DNA of 20,000 bases from an uncultured virus (IMG/VR IMGVR_UViG_3300033630_000015) (lineage: Duplodnaviria; Heunggongvirae; Uroviricota; Caudoviricetes): the IMG/VR virus record IMGVR_UViG_3300033630_000015; one strand, 5' to 3'. The translations under genes were made by a program, and so were the position numbers. This document shows, one piece after another, positions 6,190 to 13,169 of the stretch. The notes below the pieces were generated by a model. The model was not told the DNA's origin. It did no database searches and saw only the letters and a program-made list of their open reading frames with translations. Each line of letters begins with the position of its first letter. The first letter of the stretch is position 1.

Positions 6190-7190
6190 TTTATTACTTT
6201 CCTGGAGGAATCTGAGTCGATTGCCTCATCAGGGTAATTAGGGGTCAGTGGACGATGCACCCAAAGGTTAGGAGGCCAATGGAAAAAGTGTCGCCCACTG
6301 TTGACGGGTTGTGAAGGGAGTTCAGCAATCCCGCCAATAGCAGTGTCCGGAATCGAACCGGAAGTATGCCTGCACTGCTTCTTTGCCGGAGCCCTGGCCT
6401 TCCCCTCGACCGGGACTCGTCGTCGTTATCGGTCCGGCGCTCGTATCTGGCCCGTTCGCTGTCGGCTACTTGGGCTATGCGAGCTAGATCAGAAGTAAGG
6501 GCATTTTTGGCCTTTGGCGACTACCCTATGGTTCGGCTGGGTTTTTGGTGAGATGGCGTCTCGAAACCCGGCTTACACTAATCGCCGCATCAGGGCTAGT
6601 CAAATCCTCTGAATCGATCAGATTTGGCCGTATCAGAGTTTGGTCAATCGGTTAGGTGGAAGGGGTTTCTTTTTCGACGGCATTGCAAAGGGGAATCTGC
6701 AATCGTGATCATTTTTCCTTCCTCGGCTCGTCACTCTGGACTGATCCATTGCTCCGATTGACTCCGAAGGGTTGATCTGACCTTTGAGCTTGTGGCTTTT
6801 GGGTGGAGCCATTGCCGTTTGTTGAGGTTCCGCCTCGACTTTAAGCCCAGCCTACGGAATGAATACCGATTTGCGGCTAGGACGGCTAACCATTGTTGCG
6901 CGGATTGATTGCTTTTGGCTTTTGGAGTCTGATGGAAAAATCGGGACTGGGATGCCATCTATTGCCCATATCCGTATTTCCTGCTCCGAAGTTGCTCTGT
7001 ATCACCTCGATTGATGCCTATCTGTTTTCATAAAGCCGATACCTGATGATATTGATTTTGATTAACCCCAAACCGCCCAGCAATGAAGATCTCATTTCCC
7101 CGGAATTCGGAGAGATCGCCGGTTTTGGCCTGCCTGCTCTATTTGGGATTTTGGTTTTGTGCTCCGGTGTTTGGTTATTCGCCTTCGCAC
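6190..7190 (-). ncRNA. candidate large structured RNA / ~1-kb structured leader
   Basis: No credible ORF; upstream TATA box; many nested helices, e.g. GTCAATCGG/CCGATTGAC (6754-6762/6643-6651), AGCCCTG/CAGGGCT, GGCGATTA/TAGTCGCC, CAGTGGGCGA/TCGTCCACTG, CTCTGA/TCAGAG, ATTGCA/TGCAAT, GATCTC/GAGATC. Confidence 0.65.
6339..6379 (-). ncRNA. 41-nt tRNA-like element (perfect 7-bp acceptor stem + T arm)
   Basis: AGCAGTG-CAGGCATACT-TCCGG-TTCGATT-CCGGA-CACTGCT, followed by A at the discriminator position. Confidence 0.8.
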
Positions 7191-7228
7191 AATACCTCTC
7201 TTAGGCCTTGAGGATATAAAGCTTGCTG
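7188..7228 (-). promoter_or_regulatory. archaeal promoter (BRE-like + TATA TTTATATC, predicted start about 7188-7190)
   Basis: GCAAGC-TTTATATC at 7226-7213 with TG initiator steps about 23-25 nt downstream; the same GCTTTATATC recurs at 7620-7629. Confidence 0.6.
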
Positions 7229-7461
7229 AACAACTATGCCCTACTGTGATCGATATGGTGATATCTTGTACGTTGATGTACATATTTGTACATTGGAAAG
7301 GATGGTTGGGGTGGTCGATTTCCGCGATGATGGCGCTTGATAGTGGTTTGATGTGGCGGGATGGCGACGAAAGGCGGAAAAATCGGCAACTGGCGGCTGT
7401 ATATATCATGTACGCACGCGTATATCTATATATAGGGGAGATATTGCCGCCTGTTATCGAT

Positions 7462-7537
7462 TATATGGGATATATGCGGTCGATGATGGCTACTGATAGC
7501 GATATATGGGATATATGTGAGATATGTGTGATATATT
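7462..7537. repeat. short GATATATG-type tandem repeats
   Basis: TATATGGGATATATG at 7462-7476 and 7503-7517, with degenerate copies to about 7537. Confidence 0.6.
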
Positions 7538-7619
7538 CGAAAATTAATAAAAATGAAAAAGATGAAACGAAAATTTTTAAAATGAAATTAATTCAATTTA
7601 CTATTATAGGGGATATCCT

Positions 7620-7629
7620 GATATAAAGC
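7620..7629 (-). promoter_or_regulatory. second GCTTTATATC TATA-like box
   Basis: Identical 10-mer to 7213-7222; also has TGTACA-like boxes upstream. Confidence 0.45.
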
Positions 7630-7767
7630 GATAAGGGGAGGGGCCAAATCCAAGTGCACAGAAATGGACATTGGCGGCGAGAGGTTGGCAATGGTGCTTG
7701 AAGATATGCATTGGGACCCGGAGATGTGCATTGATGTACGAATATGTACATTTTGGCGTTGGCAGTA

Positions 7768-7847
7768 ATATAACCCTAGAAATGCCTCAACCCGCCTACG
7801 GAACTATTGACTCACCAATGTACATATCTATCCATCTAGGGTTATAT
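7768..7847. repeat. perfect 13-bp inverted repeat, 54-bp spacer
   Basis: ATATAACCCTAGA (7768-7780) / TCTAGGGTTATAT (7835-7847). Confidence 0.8.
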
Positions 7848-8188
7848 GAGCGCCTTGTAGCCCAGATCTGAGCATGGTTGAAGAAGGCAATCCCGGTATG
7901 CCTGGCCTGGCACCCACATCCAGCAATCTCCTAATATCAAGTTCATATGAGGTTCATATCGTCACTAGCGATCGAATATGTACATTGCCGGGCTGGAATT
8001 ATCAGGAACGGCCCGATTCAAGCACCAATGCGCAAATATGTACATCAGGCCGCATATACCAGCATCCCCCAACCCGCGAGCGCGACAATGTACCTTTCCA
8101 GACATTAAACCCCCCATATTTCCACTAGTGTAAACCCCAAGACAATAATGCTCACATTAATACAATAACACACAGCAGCGACCGAATA

Positions 8189-8269
8189 GGTGCGCATTAG
8201 CGCACCCTTCCCCTCCCGTGGAGGGGATTGAGGGGAGGAACCAGAAAGCTCCTACGTCACTTTCCGGTT
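8189..8269. other. cluster of three adjacent hairpins
   Basis: GGTGCGC-atta-GCGCACC; TCCCCTCC-cgt-GGAGGGGA; AACCAGAAAG...CTTTCCGGTT. Confidence 0.65.
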
Positions 8270-8521
8270 GGGAAAAAAGATTGTATCAGAATCACATACC
8301 CCAACATAACCAAACCACAACCCAACCCTAAACCAAATAGCATAGCGCCATGCACCACAACAACCAGAACCAACAACCCACATAATACAATCTAACCCCA
8401 TCAACACCACTACAAATAATATCTACATAGCCTCGACCCTATAATAGAAAATTGGATTATTTTCGAAAAATTTCAAAAATTTTAGCAGATATCGATTTTA
8501 AAAAATAAATATCCGTTGACA

Positions 8522-8761
8522 TCATATCCACCGTAATCGATTTCTCACAAATCGCAACCAGTCGCGCACTTTGTCCATTATTCGACGTTCGTTGCCACCA
8601 TTTCTTGCCATTATCCTCAACTCCTCCCAATACAAATCAGTCTCAGCAACCATCTTCGTTCTCCAAGCCAGATACTCTTCCTCTGTCATATCATCAGGCC
8701 CAAACACAAGAACCCCATTAATTACCTCTGAAATCACGACGTGAACCTCCCATCCTTCCAT
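8522..8761 (-). CDS. hypothetical protein (79 aa)
   Basis: Last ORF of the right array; overlaps the end of the YkgJ gene. Confidence 0.7.
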   Translation of the reverse strand: MEGWEVHVVISEVINGVLVFGPDDMTEEEYLAWRTKMVAETDLYWEELRIMARNGGNERRIMDKVRDWLRFVRNRLRWI

Positions 8762-9183
8762 GCCCCAATATACCTCAGATAATCCTCAAGCTCAAGTATG
8801 CGCAGGTTAGTCACCTTTGCCAACTTAATAATCACGTCCTGGTCATCCATTTCAGGCAATTCGCCCGTTGATGTCTCGCAATAAATCGTAGGCCCAGCCA
8901 AATAAGGATACATCCTACAAATCAGAGGTCTACTCCGATATATCCGGCATCCATTTTGATAAAACTCACATGGGGCCACATTCCGCAACGTCAACCTCTC
9001 ATCATCCTTTGGATGCCTCATAAAATGACGTTTAGCCGCCAGTCTCATCGAAATCCTAAACCTTCTTGCAATTCTAAGCGCATCCCTTGGATATATGTCA
9101 ACAATTTTCGGTTCCTTGCAACACGTCCCACATCTCTTGCACTCGAAAAAGATCTGCCTAATAGCGCGCTCTTTCCAATTCAT
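8734..9183 (-). CDS. YkgJ-family cysteine-cluster (CxxCxxCC, Zn/Fe-S chelating) protein
   Basis: FECKRCGTCC, PCEF, CRIYRSRPLICRMYPY; ATG 9183 with GGAGGT. Confidence 0.9.
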   Translation of the reverse strand: MNWKERAIRQIFFECKRCGTCCKEPKIVDIYPRDALRIARRFRISMRLAAKRHFMRHPKDDERLTLRNVAPCEFYQNGCRIYRSRPLICRMYPYLAGPTIYCETSTGELPEMDDQDVIIKLAKVTNLRILELEDYLRYIGAWKDGRFTS

Positions 9184-9344
9184 ACCCCAACCTCCTTTCC
9201 ACAAAACGGGCAATACGTCAACTCATAATAAGCCATGTCTCGGCCAATCCACAACCTACCGTTGCGGCTTCTAACAACCAACGCATGAATCGCAGATTTC
9301 ATAGTTTCACAGCATATGCACATGACCATGCCTGGCACTTTCAT
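9180..9344 (-). CDS. small zinc-finger protein (54 aa, MKVPGMVMCICCE...YCPFCGK), not in the ORF track
   Basis: Translated by hand; ATGA overlaps at both ends; CxCC...CPFCG. Confidence 0.75.
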   Translation of the reverse strand: MKVPGMVMCICCETMKSAIHALVVRSRNGRLWIGRDMAYYELTYCPFCGKEVGV

Positions 9345-9760
9345 AGTTTAAAAGTCATCTCCTCGTCGTCATATTTAGGTTCCTTAATGGCAAAGAAGTC
9401 CTGCATGAACGGACTCACCATGGGCTCGGAAAATCCCTTGCGAACCCTGTCTCGACCGCAAACGACCATGTTTATGATCCAGGTTCCACTGCCCCGTACC
9501 CTGCGTTCTTGCCCACAGACAAGATGGGTTTTAGGCCGCGTGCATACCTCAATCTTGCCCACAAGGTGCTCCATATAACTCGGCAATACCCTGTTCTCGC
9601 TGTAGTCCTGTGCTAGTGAGGAGTTGCCGGGAATTTGCCCCCCATCCACAGTCTTTTGGTCAGTACTACTTTGCAAGTTCGTCATGCTCAACTTCAGCAT
9701 CGGAAAATCAAATTGAGGAACCTTACCAGAAGGAAGGCCCATAGACCAGAAATTATTCAT
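9341..9760 (-). CDS. hypothetical protein (139 aa)
   Basis: ATG 9760 with GGAGGT upstream. Confidence 0.75.
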   Translation of the reverse strand: MNNFWSMGLPSGKVPQFDFPMLKLSMTNLQSSTDQKTVDGGQIPGNSSLAQDYSENRVLPSYMEHLVGKIEVCTRPKTHLVCGQERRVRGSGTWIINMVVCGRDRVRKGFSEPMVSPFMQDFFAIKEPKYDDEEMTFKL

Positions 9761-10443
9761 CAAATACCTCCATTCATAGCGCACCAGGCCATCATAAACG
9801 GTTGAAAATGACCAGGATGCCCTCTTATGTACATTGGCTCAACGTGTTCAAAGAGTTTTCCAGCAATGTCTTGCTCATGATCTCGGAGCCATGTGGCTGC
9901 CTGTTCAATTTCCTCGCATATATGATCGCATGCACAGGAATCGCACCTTTTTCTGAACTCTTCTTCAGCGAGGTCAATGCCAATCAAAACATAGTCGGCC
10001 ATGTCTGGATCTGAATAAATCTCGTCAAGCGAATTATTCGCAGCTTCGAACTCGTTATTGGCAAAGATATCAACTTTCGAGATCGTCGTGACCTCATATG
10101 TCAGTCGATAATGTTTAGCCAAAACTCCAAGAGCAACCTCGCATCGTATAGCCAACGCAAGATTATCGTTCAAGTATTTCAGGAACGCATCAACCAGTTT
10201 GCAATACTCTACAAAAGCTTCTGGCGGGCAAGGTAGCAAAAAGGGCACTCTGCAATACAGGGATCTCTCATGGCAGCCCTCCCAGAAGAAATGGCTTATG
10301 TATCCGTCGTAATATAGCATGTACAACTGATCAACAAGTCCTCTCAAATATTGGACTATCTGGTCTGCGGTTGATACCCTCGCATCGAAATACAGGTTCG
10401 GTGTTCCGTTGGCCAGGATATCGGCAACTACTAGGTCATTCAT
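9760..10443 (-). CDS. hypothetical protein (227 aa) with CxxCxCxxxC cluster
   Basis: Start moved to ATG 10443, near the upstream stop; CDSCACDHIC. Confidence 0.8.
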   Translation of the reverse strand: MNDLVVADILANGTPNLYFDARVSTADQIVQYLRGLVDQLYMLYYDGYISHFFWEGCHERSLYCRVPFLLPCPPEAFVEYCKLVDAFLKYLNDNLALAIRCEVALGVLAKHYRLTYEVTTISKVDIFANNEFEAANNSLDEIYSDPDMADYVLIGIDLAEEEFRKRCDSCACDHICEEIEQAATWLRDHEQDIAGKLFEHVEPMYIRGHPGHFQPFMMAWCAMNGGI

Positions 10444-10747
10444 CTTTCTCAGCCGCCTTTCTGCAAGCGCATTCATGCATTTCAGAGATGTTTGATGGGT
10501 TTCTTTCGCACGCACATTTCCTCATGTTATCAGATATCCTTGTTATCGATGATTGCGGGTCTGTCCTCGGGTCTTCCCACTTGTGAGAATACTTGACATC
10601 TGTGACATTGCAACTGCTAACCGGTGGAAAGTTTAGCATGTTTTCTACATGTTTTTTTGCTTCTTCTTCACTATCTGCAACTACCTCGTACCCAACAATC
10701 TGATCGATTATTGTGACGGTATAATCTACCTTGTATATGTTGCTCAT
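10436..10747 (-). CDS. hypothetical protein (103 aa; VVADSEEEAK motif, C-terminal CAC repeats)
   Basis: ORF in the operon; GAAGGT upstream. Confidence 0.75.
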   Translation of the reverse strand: MSNIYKVDYTVTIIDQIVGYEVVADSEEEAKKHVENMLNFPPVSSCNVTDVKYSHKWEDPRTDPQSSITRISDNMRKCACERNPSNISEMHECACRKAAEKDE

Positions 10748-10820
10748 TGCTTTTTACCTTCATTGAGTCTGTGTTCTCGAATACTTGACGCCTTGCGGCT
10801 TACCAGGTATCTCATTTCAG

Positions 10821-10985
10821 TCACCTCATAAAGTCCCAAATTATTGCCATCAGGTACAGTCCCACCACGCTTATGATAATTGGAACTGCGTAGAAGATAT
10901 CGCCCGTGGTGACAATACCCAATATCGATATCCCAATGAATGCCAAAAATAGGATGGCAAATAAGGTCGTTACAAACTTAATCAT
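10821..10985 (-). CDS. small two-TM membrane protein (54 aa)
   Basis: ATG 10985 with GGAGGTGA; two hydrophobic helices. Confidence 0.8.
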   Translation of the reverse strand: MIKFVTTLFAILFLAFIGISILGIVTTGDIFYAVPIIISVVGLYLMAIIWDFMR

Positions 10986-10990
10986 CTCGG

Positions 10991-11179
10991 TCACCTCCAA
11001 AGTAAATACCAATCAGCAATCAGGGTGACTCCGAAGACCAGCCATAGCAGACGAAATGCCATTTGGCTCACTCTCGGACTTAATCTATCTTCGAATGAAT
11101 ACAGCGTCGCAAACCCCATAGCACATAGCTCGATCAATATCACACTTATCAGTATTACGATATCTGGCTGGCAAGTCAT
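10991..11179 (-). CDS. small two-TM membrane protein (62 aa)
   Basis: Two hydrophobic helices; part of the operon. Confidence 0.75.
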   Translation of the reverse strand: MTCQPDIVILISVILIELCAMGFATLYSFEDRLSPRVSQMAFRLLWLVFGVTLIADWYLLWR

Positions 11180-11237
11180 TTATCCGCCATCCGTTGGTCA
11201 CGATATTCTTTAAGTAGTCCCCACATCTCACCTTGGT

Positions 11238-11447
11238 TCATCTCCAATCGACCTCAGGATGCTCCATAACAAGCATGCGGCGGGCATCTTCGTAGAAATC
11301 TGGCATCATTGTATCGTCGGTCTCATAATCTGCCAGATCCCGTAGACGTTGTGCTCGTTCACATTTTGCGATCTTTTTGAGGGCGATGACCTGCGTTTCC
11401 AAATCTGCAATCCTGGTTTCAGGGTCCGTTATTTCATCCTTTGTCAT
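11238..11447 (-). CDS. hypothetical coiled-coil protein (69 aa)
   Basis: Start overlaps the upstream stop; AAGGA upstream. Confidence 0.75.
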   Translation of the reverse strand: MTKDEITDPETRIADLETQVIALKKIAKCERAQRLRDLADYETDDTMMPDFYEDARRMLVMEHPEVDWR

Positions 11448-11887
11448 TTCTGGTCCTTGTCGTTCTGCATTGATTTCGGTTTCTCACTGTCGCTAGTAGT
11501 TATACGGTAGTTGTTATCGTATGTATCAAAAAAATCTACTAGAACCCCGTCATGGACTACGTTTTGCTGTGCAATGCTTCTGAATCTGAATAGCAAAGCA
11601 GATATTAGTTCGAATATCATATCACGCTCGGCATCGTCATAACAACCACCAAATGCTCCTCCAAAGACGTCGCCTTCAATCAGGTCAGCATATATAAAAC
11701 TAGTGCGTATATGAAGCACATGAAGTCCCAGGTGTTCCGACATATATAGATGAGGACCGTTGAAATACTCACACTTGTCGAATATTTCGTGGAATGTTGG
11801 AAATCCAGATATACGCGATACGATTGGCACTTTATTGCCAACACTGTTGACCTTTGATGTTAATTCTATTACTGCCATTTTGTTCAT
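11444..11887 (-). CDS. hypothetical protein, paralogue of 12519..12890
   Basis: ATG 11887 after AAGGAG (11878 also possible); shares VSRISGFPT, EYFxGxH and VLxIRxSF. Confidence 0.8.
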   Translation of the reverse strand: MNKMAVIELTSKVNSVGNKVPIVSRISGFPTFHEIFDKCEYFNGPHLYMSEHLGLHVLHIRTSFIYADLIEGDVFGGAFGGCYDDAERDMIFELISALLFRFRSIAQQNVVHDGVLVDFFDTYDNNYRITTSDSEKPKSMQNDKDQK

Positions 11888-11966
11888 CTCCTTAGGTGAG
11901 CTGCAATCATGTCTATTGTGTGCGCCGTGCACAGTGGAACCTCTTTGAAGGATAACTCAAATTCGG

Positions 11967-12221
11967 TCATTTTATATCACCGAAATAGTTCTTGAACTCT
12001 TCAATCTCTTCTGGAGTTAGGAACTCATGCCATTTGACAGGGGTTAATCTGACAAGATTGCCGTCTCTTTCGGACTTGATCCAACCATCCTTTTCCAAGC
12101 GGCAAACTGATTTGAATACCTCAACTATGGACCATCCTAACTCTTTTGACAGCTCACGGATACTTGATCCTGGTTTTTCGTTTATCTTCTTGTATAGCCT
12201 ATAATCTATATCTGCTGACAT
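11967..12221 (-). CDS. winged helix-turn-helix transcriptional regulator (MarR/ArsR-like)
   Basis: PGSSIRELSKELGWS...VCRLEKDGWIKSERDG; GGAGGAG upstream. Confidence 0.88.
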   Translation of the reverse strand: MSADIDYRLYKKINEKPGSSIRELSKELGWSIVEVFKSVCRLEKDGWIKSERDGNLVRLTPVKWHEFLTPEEIEEFKNYFGDIK

Positions 12222-12223
12222 GT

Positions 12224-12517
12224 TTAATCTCCTCCATTTTTTATCCGGTCTAACTCTGTAATTATTTGAGCACGTTCTGTCGGGTCGTCAGTGTGATCGA
12301 GTTCTGTGTAAAGCTTTGCCATTTTGACAGCAGGGTGACGACTTGGCTTTCGTAACGACGGTAATGGTGGTACGCCAAGCTTATTGATTTTTACGACCCT
12401 GATCACATTGTCTTTTTTCAGGGCCTCCTGGATTGCGTCGTCCACCGTTTCGGCAATGATGATGCTTTTCTCGATGGTGATAGTTTTGACTTCGTATTGG
12501 ACTAGGTAGCTGCTCAT
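12224..12517 (-). CDS. hypothetical protein (97 aa)
   Basis: ATG 12517 with GGAGGATGA upstream. Confidence 0.75.
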   Translation of the reverse strand: MSSYLVQYEVKTITIEKSIIIAETVDDAIQEALKKDNVIRVVKINKLGVPPLPSLRKPSRHPAVKMAKLYTELDHTDDPTERAQIITELDRIKNGGD

Positions 12518-12518
12518 C

Positions 12519-12890
12519 TCATCCTCCGTGCCCATATACGCATCCATCGCCAGAAAAATCAATTGTCATGATCTCCGGTGGGTAGCGACTTGGCATAGAT
12601 CTCCATTTTTTCAGGAGGCTACTGATATGGGACATTAGTTTTCGAAGGACGTCTTCGTTCAATACCATCAATTCAGTGTGTTCTCGAATGTCTATGTCGA
12701 CAAAGCTGCTTCGAATACATAGTACGTTGCAAGGGATGCTTTCATCCATGCAAATATGGTCACCTTTGAAGTATTCTGGGCATGTTTTTAAGATTTCTTC
12801 CGTTGTCGGAAAACCAGAAATCCGGGAAACCATATACTTCTTTTTTCCCTGGTTATCTGATATTATTTCTATTACGATTTTTGGGGCCAT
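12519..12890 (-). CDS. hypothetical protein, paralogue of 11444..11887
   Basis: GGTGA upstream; shared VSRISGFPT motif. Confidence 0.8.
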   Translation of the reverse strand: MAPKIVIEIISDNQGKKKYMVSRISGFPTTEEILKTCPEYFKGDHICMDESIPCNVLCIRSSFVDIDIREHTELMVLNEDVLRKLMSHISSLLKKWRSMPSRYPPEIMTIDFSGDGCVYGHGG

Positions 12891-12896
12891 GTTTTT

Positions 12897-13169
12897 TCAC
12901 CATTTTTTAGATGCTTTGTCTAATGCTTCAATGCGTTTGATGTGTTCCTTTATACTTGAAATGGTCTCGGTGGCTTTCCGTAAGTCTGCCTCTTCCTTGT
13001 CCAGCAACCACTGCTTTGCTTCCTCGAATGTGTCGAATATAGATCTGTCATCGGAAATCTTTTTATGTTTTCGTCCATTGCTATCCGTAACATAGTGATC
13101 TGTTTCTGATATGATGTCGATAATTCTAACATCTCGAAATGCACGCCATGCGATGTATTTGTATTTCAT
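12897..13169 (-). CDS. hypothetical protein (90 aa; FDTFEEAK then coiled coil)
   Basis: AGGAG upstream; start overlaps the previous stop. Confidence 0.8.
   Translation of the reverse strand: MKYKYIAWRAFRDVRIIDIISETDHYVTDSNGRKHKKISDDRSIFDTFEEAKQWLLDKEEADLRKATETISSIKEHIKRIEALDKASKKW

Larger units (their letters stand above)
7267..8094. repeat. arrays of TGTACA-like palindromic boxes at 10-bp spacing
   Basis: Boxes at 7267/7277/7287; 7655/7665/7705/7725/7735/7745; 7819, 7979, 8029/8039, 8089. Confidence 0.75.
7584..8464. repeat. 28-bp imperfect inverted repeat pair (7584-7611 and 8437-8464)
   Basis: CCCTATAATAG(T/A)AAATTG(A/G)ATTA(A/T)TTTC, 25 of 28 identical. Confidence 0.8.

Noticed and set aside
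6190..6240. Hammerhead ribozyme (CTGATGA...GAAA on minus)
   Set aside because: GAAA does not directly follow stem II, and the region folds as one interrupted hairpin.
6510..6910. Group I intron (GACTA/TAGTC as P7; AATCCGC)
   Set aside because: R and S consensus are not matched, TAGTC pairs better with GGCGATTA, and there is no host exon.
6190..7190. Group II intron (starts GTGCG at 7190; CGCCGG...CCGG-TCGAGGGG near 6440-6400; ...ACCCCTAAT near 6240)
   Set aside because: The domain V-like stem lacks the canonical upper stem, bulge and GNRA loop; AGCCCTG/CAGGGCT pairing would cross domains V/VI; no interrupted gene or RT ORF. An Rfam scan would settle it.
6339..7190. RNase P RNA, tmRNA or a true tRNA gene
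   Set aside because: No GAGGAAAGTCC/ACAGAA motifs in the correct order; the tRNA-like acceptor stem closes locally; no anticodon arm or CCA.
6301..8128. ORF-track ORFs in the central region (6301..6498, 6366..6551, 6731..6958, 7092..7409, 7159..7626, 7671..7871, 7874..8128)
   Set aside because: No SD or recognisable motifs, atypical composition, and they run across repeats and helices.
7260..8470. CRISPR array or mini-array
   Set aside because: Repeats are short boxes or inverted pairs, not 25-40-bp direct repeats with regular spacers; no cas genes.
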